Assembly: GCA_964490075.1 (NCBI GenBank)
Contig: CAZBBK010000063.1
Coordinates: 1 to 35,112 of the forward strand
DNA length: 35,112 nt
Source of the DNA: an uncultured Gemmatimonadota bacterium
GTDB taxonomy: Bacteria > GCA-2686955
Reading direction: 5' to 3'
Below are positions 25,432 through 32,382 of this stretch, piece after piece. The notes beneath the pieces are model-generated. The model did not search any database. It worked only from the letters and a program-made list of their open reading frames with translations, and was not told the origin of the DNA. Every line of letters begins with the position of its first letter. Within the stretch, counting starts at the first letter, position 1. A program made the translations under genes and the position numbers.

Positions 25432-26409
25432 ATGGGAAGTAGAGAGCGCTGCGGCCGCTGCGGCTACCCCTGGGCGGCCTTCGCCAAGAGGGGACTGAGC
25501 GAATCGCTGGCACCGGCCGGCTTCCCGACCACCGCCGACAGCCTCGGCAGTGGCGAGGCCCGTGGCGAGCCGATCCCCCCCTCCGACGCCCTCTTTTACG
25601 TCGACGGCGCCGGCGCCGCCCACTGCGAGATCTGCGGCGCACACTGCCCCTCGTCGTGGATCACGCCCTTCGGCTCCGCCTTCCAGGCCTTCGTCTATGG
25701 ACTCTTCGCGCCGGCGCGCGGCCTGGCCTTGCTGCGCGCGCGCGGCACCCTGCTGCGGCGGGTGGCGCTGCCTCTGACCCTGGCGATCGCCGCCTACCTG
25801 ATCGTATTCCTGCTCGGGCTGCACCTCCTGACCGGCACCATCGAGACCCTGGCGAGCGGCTCGTGGGGACTCTTCGACTGGGCGCGGCCGGCGGCGGGGG
25901 CCGGCGTGGGCGCGGCCCTCACGGTGGTGGTGGCGCTGCTGGCCTACCTCACCTTCGCCCCGGTGACCATGGCCATTGCCGGCCCCTTGCTCGATCCGGT
26001 GGTCACCCAGGTCGACCGCCACGTGCTGGGGGTGGCGCCCAACGCCAGCCGCGGCATGATGCGCGATCTATGGCTCTCGGCGCGGGCCGCGACGGGGATG
26101 CTGGCGCTCAGCCTGGCGGTGATGCTGCTGGCCTGGCCGCTCAACTTCCTGCCGGGGATCGGCAACCTGCTCTTCCTGGTCGCGGCGGGCGGATTGACCG
26201 GCCTGCAATGCCTCGATCCGGCGCTCGGCCGGCGCCAGCTCGCGCTGCGCGCACGGCTGGCGCTGGTGCGTCGCAACCGCGCCGCAACCCTCGGCCTGGG
26301 GCTCTCCTGCTACCTGCTCTTCCTGGTGCCGGTGGTCGGCTGGCTGGTCGGCCCCCAGGTCTCCACCGCCGGCGCCGCGCTGGTGGCGCTCAGGCTGCGC
26401 AAGCAATGA
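25432..26409 (+). CDS. EI24/CysZ-like membrane protein with N-terminal Zn-ribbon-like extension
   Basis: CGRCGYP...CEICGAHC N-terminus; then IAGPLLDPV, LNFLPGIG, LDPALGRR, FLVPVVGWLVGP...AGAAL typical of EI24/CysZ; starts 1 nt after the helicase stop. Confidence 0.7.
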   Translation: MGSRERCGRCGYPWAAFAKRGLSESLAPAGFPTTADSLGSGEARGEPIPPSDALFYVDGAGAAHCEICGAHCPSSWITPFGSAFQAFVYGLFAPARGLALLRARGTLLRRVALPLTLAIAAYLIVFLLGLHLLTGTIETLASGSWGLFDWARPAAGAGVGAALTVVVALLAYLTFAPVTMAIAGPLLDPVVTQVDRHVLGVAPNASRGMMRDLWLSARAATGMLALSLAVMLLAWPLNFLPGIGNLLFLVAAGGLTGLQCLDPALGRRQLALRARLALVRRNRAATLGLGLSCYLLFLVPVVGWLVGPQVSTAGAALVALRLRKQ

Positions 26410-27485
26410 GCGCGGCGCAGCCCGCCGGCGAGCCCTGCCGCAACCCGATCCTGATCATCGGCACCGAGCGCTCGGGGTCCAACCTGCTGCGGCTGATCCT
26501 CAACGCCCATTCGGCGCTCGTGGTGCCCCATCCCCCCCACCTGGTGCACTACTTCCGGCCGCTGGAGCATCTCTACGGCGACCTGCGGCAAGATCGCAAC
26601 CACGCCCTGCTGCTGAACGATATCAGGCGACTGATCAGTACCCATATCCACCCCTGGGCGCACAAGGTGACCCACCACGCGCTGGCCGCCCTGGCCCCCG
26701 GCAACGACACCATTTCCGCCTTCATCGGCCTCTACGAAATCACCACCAGTGAGACCGGCAAACCGCGCTGGGGCTGCAAGAGCACTTTTCTGATCCACCA
26801 CATCGACGAGCTGCGGCGGCGCCTGCCCGGCGTCCAGCTGCTGCTGCTGGTGCGCGACCCGCGCGACGTGGTGCTCTCGTCCAAGCGCTCGGTGTTCAGT
26901 CCTTGCCACCCCGGACTGAGCGCCCGGCTCTGGGACCGCCAGCAGCGGATCGGATGGGAGTTGCTGGAGCGTCTCGACGAGTCCTACATTCTGCTCTGCC
27001 ACTACGAGAAGCTGCTCGCGCAGCCGGAGGCAGAGCTGCGACGGATTTGTGACTTCCTCGGAGAGAGCTTCGAGACACCAATGCTGCGCTTTTTCGAGAC
27101 CGACGAGGCGCGCACCAGCGGCGCGCTCTCGGAATCCTGGCGCAACACCCTTTCGCCGATTCTGAGCAACAACTCTGGCAAGTTCCTGAGCGGTCTGTCG
27201 GGCCGGGAGATCGCGTTGGTCGAGGCGATCTGCCGGGAAACCATGGAGCGTTTCGGCTACCGGCCGACCGGTGCGGCCGAGGAGCTGGCGAAGATCCGCG
27301 TCGCCGGCCGCCCCCCGCTGCGTCATCTCCTCGTCAACGCCGCACTGCGCCTGCGCGTGGAGGCCCGCTCGTTGCTCCACGACGGCAACCACTGGCGACG
27401 CTGGGGCCGGGCGCTGCTGCTGGCGCGGATCCGCTGGCGGCTGCGGATGCGGAGCCTGGCCGGGCGCTGGCGGTCCGCGGAGTAG
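26406..27485 (+). CDS. PAPS-dependent sulfotransferase family protein
   Basis: 5'-PSB motif IIGTERSGSNLL, RWGCKS, 3'-PB motif LVRDPRDVVLS, YEKLLAQPEAELRRICDFLG; ATGA overlap with the upstream gene. Confidence 0.88.
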   Translation: MSAAQPAGEPCRNPILIIGTERSGSNLLRLILNAHSALVVPHPPHLVHYFRPLEHLYGDLRQDRNHALLLNDIRRLISTHIHPWAHKVTHHALAALAPGNDTISAFIGLYEITTSETGKPRWGCKSTFLIHHIDELRRRLPGVQLLLLVRDPRDVVLSSKRSVFSPCHPGLSARLWDRQQRIGWELLERLDESYILLCHYEKLLAQPEAELRRICDFLGESFETPMLRFFETDEARTSGALSESWRNTLSPILSNNSGKFLSGLSGREIALVEAICRETMERFGYRPTGAAEELAKIRVAGRPPLRHLLVNAALRLRVEARSLLHDGNHWRRWGRALLLARIRWRLRMRSLAGRWRSAE

Positions 27486-27507
27486 GGAGCCGGATTGCCA
27501 GCAGCGA

Positions 27508-27936
27508 TCAGCTCCTCCCGGGCCTCCGCTTCAGCCCTGCGCGGATCGCCGCGCAGAGCTCGACCAGATCGCCGAGGTGGTTTTCGACCACGTCGCGCAC
27601 AATGCCGAGATTGACATCCTGGTATCCATGCACCAGCACGTTCCTGAAGCCAGCCATTGCGTAGAGGCTCTCCGCGAGCTCCTGCTCGAGCCAGGCGTGT
27701 CTGGCGAGTAGATCGAAGAGCGCTCGGTTGGTCTCGGGTTCCCCCAAACGATCGTCCGAGACAATGTAAGAGGCAGCGTCCAAAGCGGCCTGGATCGCCA
27801 GTTACGGGGTATGCTCGGTGAATCTCTCTTCCCGAATATCGCTGCCGATCAGCTCAGGTCGCGCCAGTTGCTCCAGCTCGCCCACCAAGGTCTCGATGTG
27901 CGCCAGTTTCTTGAGAATCAGCTCGGTATCGGTCAT
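27508..27936 (-). pseudogene. hepT: HepT/DUF86 HEPN ribonuclease toxin interrupted by an in-frame TAA at codon 45
   Basis: From ATG 27936: MTDTELILKKLAHIETLVGELEQLARPELIGSDIREERFTEHTP*LAIQAALDAASYIVSD...GFRNVLVHGY; stop at 27802-27804; RX4HXY motif intact downstream in the same frame. Confidence 0.8.
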
Positions 27937-28331
27937 CTCGCGTGCTCTCCGCGGTACCTGCGCAGATGGGGCAACAGATCGAAGTAGTCGTTGCGGGACT
28001 TCACCTCGAACGCGATTCTGAGAGAAGGTGCATGATCGGCCAGCAAGACGCCATCTCTCAACACTCGATGGACCAGATCCGGTGGAGCGTTGTTCAGAGA
28101 CACCAGATCGATCGTCAGGCGGAGTCGTCGCTCGAGCTCGCCTCTGAGCACGACCCCGGAATTGAGCAGCCGGTCGACGGGAGATTCCCGGAAGAACACG
28201 GCGATATCCAGATCGCTGGCGGCAAGCTCTTCGTGGCGGGCAACACTGCCGAAGAGGTAGGCGGCCACCACGTCGGCTTCTCTGGCCGCGAAAAGAGCGG
28301 TCAGTTCGTTGATGGTGGTGCGCCTATCCAT
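27933..28331 (-). CDS. mntA: Minimal nucleotidyltransferase (MNT) antitoxin
   Basis: AYLFGSVAR...SDLDIAV (GS-x10-DxD), IDLVSLNNAPPDLVHRVLRDG; stop overlaps the hepT ATG (ATGA). Confidence 0.88.
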   Translation of the reverse strand: MDRRTTINELTALFAAREADVVAAYLFGSVARHEELAASDLDIAVFFRESPVDRLLNSGVVLRGELERRLRLTIDLVSLNNAPPDLVHRVLRDGVLLADHAPSLRIAFEVKSRNDYFDLLPHLRRYRGEHAR

Positions 28332-28402
28332 ATCGTGAGTGTTCCCCAACGTTTCATGGAATCTCGGCGCAGACCGCCCTTCATGGCGAAGCGAAGCGTC
28401 TC

Positions 28403-29626
28403 CTAGTCGAAACCGCGAGGCTCCTCGCCGGCGCCCATCGCCGCCCGCTCCGGCACCCGAATCCGCAGGCAGACGAAAAAGCCCCCCAGGGCGATGGCGC
28501 CGGCCAGGACGAAGACCCAGCGGAATCCGTAGGTCTGCCAGATGTAGCCCGAGAGCAGCGGCAGCGACATGGCGACCAGGTGGTCGACGGTGATCCCCAT
28601 CGAGATGGTGGGAGTGATGTCGTCGGGGGTGTCGGCGATCTTGCGCAGGTAGGTGGTGCGGGCGACGCGCAGCGCGAAGAGGACCGAGTCGAAGACGTAG
28701 GCGGCGTAGAGGCCGTAGAGGCCGAGATCGGGGCCCAGCAGGTCGGTCGCGAAGGCGTAGACCAGGCAGACGCCGAGCAGCAGCAGCTCGTCGACCGCCA
28801 GCACCACGCGCTCGCCCAGCCGGTCGATCACCTCGCCGAGCAGGGGGCGCATCACCACCCCCAGGGCCGAGGCGACGAAGTAGAGCGCCGCGATGGTGCT
28901 GACCGGCACCCCGTTCAGCTCCACCAGCACCCAGCCGCCGAATACCAGGAAGATCTGCTTGCGGATCCCGAAGAGCGCGCTGATGGCGTAGAAGAGGGTG
29001 TATTTCCGCTTCAGCACGATGCGCCGGGAGCGGTCGTCACCGCGACCGACGTGCAGGCCGGCGTAGCCGATTCCGGCCAGGGCGGCGCAGGCGGCGGCGA
29101 TCGCGTAGAAGAGGTCGAAACGGTCGCCCAGCAGTTTGGCGAGGCAGTAGATCAGACCGACGCCAAGGATCGTTCCCAGGTTGCGGGCGCCGCCGAACTG
29201 GCCCAGGCGCCGCCCCTCGCGGCCGTCGCGCGCCAGCTTCAGGCCGATCGGCCCCTCGACGGCGAAGATCACGTGGTCACCCAAGGACCAGACGACGATG
29301 AACACCACCACCGCCGAGGTGGAGGGGGCCAGATAGCCGAGGCCGAGCGAGCCGATGGCGGCGAAGAGCATCGCCAGGGCGGCCATCTGGGTCTCGCGCA
29401 GCAAGAGCAGCAGCGCCCCCACCACGCCGATCATCAAGAAGCCGGGCAGCTCGCGGGGAAACTCCAGGCCGCCGCGCGCCAGGGCGTCGAGGCCGTGGAC
29501 GTTGGCCAGGTAGTTGTTGAGCGTGGCCATGAAGATGCCGGTCGCCGCCCCGAAGAAGAGGGTGGCGATCAGGGCACGCTTCAGTTCACGTGAGTGGGTC
29601 GTGGCAGGGATGGAGATCGGTTGCAC
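28403..29626 (-). CDS. MFS transporter
   Basis: About 12 hydrophobic segments, LEFPRELPG, motif A-like GEVIDRLGER, C-terminal GYIWQTYGFRWVF. Confidence 0.85.
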   Translation of the reverse strand: MQPISIPATTHSRELKRALIATLFFGAATGIFMATLNNYLANVHGLDALARGGLEFPRELPGFLMIGVVGALLLLLRETQMAALAMLFAAIGSLGLGYLAPSTSAVVVFIVVWSLGDHVIFAVEGPIGLKLARDGREGRRLGQFGGARNLGTILGVGLIYCLAKLLGDRFDLFYAIAAACAALAGIGYAGLHVGRGDDRSRRIVLKRKYTLFYAISALFGIRKQIFLVFGGWVLVELNGVPVSTIAALYFVASALGVVMRPLLGEVIDRLGERVVLAVDELLLLGVCLVYAFATDLLGPDLGLYGLYAAYVFDSVLFALRVARTTYLRKIADTPDDITPTISMGITVDHLVAMSLPLLSGYIWQTYGFRWVFVLAGAIALGGFFVCLRIRVPERAAMGAGEEPRGFD

Positions 29627-29650
29627 AGCCCTTCAGGCTATCATGCCGCC
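29627..29650. promoter_or_regulatory. Overlapping divergent -10 elements, probable leaderless promoters
   Basis: Plus strand TATCAT (29639-29644) 6 nt before ATG 29651; minus strand TGA-TAGCCT (hexamer 29635-29640) 8 nt before GTG 29626; no SD on either side. Confidence 0.45.
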
Positions 29651-30601
29651 ATGGACTCCTCGATCGAACGGCATGCTTCTTATGGCGGCGCCGGCTGGCG
29701 CGAGCGCAGCGCTTCCCACCTCGACGATGTGCGCGGCGGCCGGCTGTGGCGGCGCTGCGGATTCGGCTCGGAGACCGAGCGCCTGCGCGAGGTGCTGATC
29801 TCGTGGCCCGGCGACACCCTGGCCCGGATCGACGACCCGAGCGCGGAGCTGATGCTGGAGCGGGTCGAGCTCGACGCCATCCGCGCTCAGACCGAAGGGC
29901 TCAGGGCGCTCTACGAGTCGCTCGGTGTCGAGGTGCACCTTTCGCGGCCCGAGCAGGCGCCGCCGCCCAACTTCCTCTTCATGCGCGACCTCTTCTTCAT
30001 GACCGGCGAAGGCGCGGTGGTGGCGCGCCCCGCGGCGCCCCAGCGAGCGGGTGAGGCGCGTTTCGCGGCCGAGGCATTGGCGCGGATCGGGGTGCCGATT
30101 GTCGCCACCGTCCGCGGCCGCGGGCTCTTCGAAGGGGCCGACGCCTTGTGGGTCGACACGAAAACGGTGCTGGTGGGCGTGGGACGGCGCACCAACGACG
30201 CCGCGTTGCGACAGATTTCCTCGATCCTCGCCGACGTGGGGGTCGAGACCGAGGCGATCCCGCTGCCGCAGGGAGTGCAACATCTCTTGGGTGTGGTGAA
30301 CTTCGTCGCCGAGGATCTGGCCGTGGTGCGCGCCTCCAAGGCGCCGGGCGAGCTGCACACTTTTCTCGAGGGCCGCGGAATCGAAGCGTTGCTCCTGGCG
30401 CCCTCGCACGAGGTCGATCGACTGGGAGCGATGAACTTCGTCACCATCGCGGCGCACGCAATCGTGATGCCAGCCGACTGCCCCGAGACCCGGGCGATCT
30501 ACCGGAACCACGGCATCGAGTGTCACGAGGTCGATGTCAGCGAATACCTGAAGGCCGCGGGCGGGCCGGGATGCTTGACCGGGATCTTGCGGCGCGGGTG
30601 A
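29651..30601 (+). CDS. Amidinotransferase / arginine deiminase / DDAH (pentein) family protein
   Basis: SETERLREVL, NFLFMRD, RAGE, FEGAD, RRTN, QHLLG (His), AAGGPGCLT (catalytic Cys). Confidence 0.85.
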   Translation: MDSSIERHASYGGAGWRERSASHLDDVRGGRLWRRCGFGSETERLREVLISWPGDTLARIDDPSAELMLERVELDAIRAQTEGLRALYESLGVEVHLSRPEQAPPPNFLFMRDLFFMTGEGAVVARPAAPQRAGEARFAAEALARIGVPIVATVRGRGLFEGADALWVDTKTVLVGVGRRTNDAALRQISSILADVGVETEAIPLPQGVQHLLGVVNFVAEDLAVVRASKAPGELHTFLEGRGIEALLLAPSHEVDRLGAMNFVTIAAHAIVMPADCPETRAIYRNHGIECHEVDVSEYLKAAGGPGCLTGILRRG

Positions 30602-30607
30602 GGGCGG

Positions 30608-31489
30608 CTATTCCCCCCCCGCGATCCGTTCCACCCGCGTCGGCCCCTTGTCGGGATCGGTCAACACCAAGTCCATCCCGGCCAGCACCCGCTCCGCCGA
30701 CTCCGCCCGCAAGCGCTCGCGAAACACAACGGGCGCCGCGCGGTACTCCTGGAGCAACGCGACAAAGGCTCCGGCGTCGGCAGTGGCGACGTTGACCGCG
30801 CGGGTCGAGTCGGAGATCGCCTGGTTGGCGATGGTCTCGGCGCGCGCCCGGGCCTCGGAAAGACGCCGGTCGGCCCAGGCATCGGCCTCGATGCGATAGG
30901 TGTCGCGGTCGCCGCGGGCGCTGGCGACGTCGTTGAACGACTCGACCACCATGGCCGGAGGGGTCGCCTCGACGGCGCTGACCCGGGTCAGGCGGATGCC
31001 CAGTCCGTGGTGCTCCAGGAGCTCGCCGGCGCGCTTCTGCACCCGGGTCTCGAGATCGAGCTTGGCGGTGGTGAGCACGCTGTCGATCGGCATGGTGGCC
31101 AGCGCGGCGCGCGCCTGGCCGGCCAGCACGCGGGCCGCCACCAGGCCGGGGCTCTCGGCGCTGAAGGTGTAGGCGATCGGATCGGCGACGGTGAAGTGCG
31201 CGGTGAGCTCCAGGTCGAGCAGGTTGGCGTCGGCGGTCAGGTGGCGCCGGTCGGCGGCGCCGCGCCGCTGCACATATCCGACGTCGACCCGGCGCACGGT
31301 GGTCACGTCGACCGGCAGGACGGTCTCGACCGGGTAGGGCAGGCGCAGCGCGATGCCCGGCGGCAGCACCCGGTCGATGCGGCCGAAGCGCAGCACCAGT
31401 CCCAGCTCCTCGGCATCGATGTAGGCGGTGCAGCCGAAGATCGCCAGGGCCAACGCCAGCGCCGCGCCCAATCCCCAAAGAGCCCTCAC
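30608..31489 (-). CDS. hflK: HflK-like SPFH/band-7 protein
   Basis: N-terminal TM, GLVLRFGR...PGIALRLPYPVETV, LTADANLLDL, PPAMVVESFNDVASARGDR, EYRAAPVVFRERL; GTG start overlaps the hflC stop. Confidence 0.8.
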   Translation of the reverse strand: MRALWGLGAALALALAIFGCTAYIDAEELGLVLRFGRIDRVLPPGIALRLPYPVETVLPVDVTTVRRVDVGYVQRRGAADRRHLTADANLLDLELTAHFTVADPIAYTFSAESPGLVAARVLAGQARAALATMPIDSVLTTAKLDLETRVQKRAGELLEHHGLGIRLTRVSAVEATPPAMVVESFNDVASARGDRDTYRIEADAWADRRLSEARARAETIANQAISDSTRAVNVATADAGAFVALLQEYRAAPVVFRERLRAESAERVLAGMDLVLTDPDKGPTRVERIAGGE

Positions 31490-32382
31490 CGCCGCGGCTC
31501 CGACCGCAGCTCGAAGAGCGGCTCGAAGAGCGGCGATTCGGCGCCCAGAATCAGCGTCGCGCCCTCTCCCAGGATGCGGTCGTAAGTCTCCAGCCGCCGC
31601 AAGAAGCGATAGAGCTCCGGGTCCTGGCGGTGGGCCTCGGCGTATATGCGCGCCGCCTCGGCCTCGCCGCGCGCCCGGACCAGGGCCGCCTCGCGACGCG
31701 CTTCGGCCAAGATCTCCTCGGCCTTGCGGTCGGCCACCGCCCGGATCCCGGCCGCCTTCTCCGCCCCCTCGGAGCGATAGCCGGCGGCGATCCGCTCGCG
31801 TTCGGCGCGCATCCGCTCGAACACCGAGCGCTCGTTCTGCAGCGGCAGCCCGAGGTGACTCAGACCGACCTGCTGCACGCTGACGCCGAGCTCGTTGCGG
31901 GCCAGCTTGTCGACCTCGGCGCGCACCTGCTCGAGCACGCTCTCGATGCGCACCGTGCCCGGCTCGGTGGAGATCACCGAGGTGAAGGGCAGACGTCCCA
32001 GAGCCCCGCCCAGCTTGGAGGTGATGATGTCGAGCAGCTGCGCCTCGGCGCCGGCCGCCGAGCCGACCGCCTCGAGGAAGCGCCGCGCGTCGTGGGTGCG
32101 CCAGACGGCGAAGGGCTCCAGCACCAGCACCTTCTTTTCGCTGGTCAAGAGCTCGGTCGCCGGCAGGTCGATCACCCGCAGCCGGCCGTCGAAACGGTGC
32201 ACGGTCTGGATCGGCCACGGCGCCCGGGCGTGCAGCCCGGGCAGGGTCACCACGCGCCGCGGATCGCCGAGCGTGCTGACCACCGCCAGCTCACCCTCCT
32301 GCAGCCTGAAAAGAGACGCCAGCGCGGCCACCAGGAGCAAGCCCCCGAGCACACCGAGCGTCTGCCAAAAGCGGGTCGTCAC
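31486..32382 (-). CDS. hflC: HflC-like SPFH protease modulator
   Basis: PGLHARAPWPIQTV, LLTSEKK, VFERMRAERERIAAGYRSEGAEKA, RGEAEAARIYAEAHRQDPELYRFLRRLETY. Confidence 0.88.
   Translation of the reverse strand: MTTRFWQTLGVLGGLLLVAALASLFRLQEGELAVVSTLGDPRRVVTLPGLHARAPWPIQTVHRFDGRLRVIDLPATELLTSEKKVLVLEPFAVWRTHDARRFLEAVGSAAGAEAQLLDIITSKLGGALGRLPFTSVISTEPGTVRIESVLEQVRAEVDKLARNELGVSVQQVGLSHLGLPLQNERSVFERMRAERERIAAGYRSEGAEKAAGIRAVADRKAEEILAEARREAALVRARGEAEAARIYAEAHRQDPELYRFLRRLETYDRILGEGATLILGAESPLFEPLFELRSEPRR

Noticed and set aside
25656-27485. 609-aa ORF as a sulfotransferase fusion
   Set aside because: The N-terminal part is an alternate frame of the EI24 gene; the sulfotransferase starts at the ATGA overlap at 26406.
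30608-32218. 536-aa ORF as a long HflK
   Set aside because: The upstream part overlaps hflC in another frame; the TM anchor and GTGA overlap place the start at 31489.
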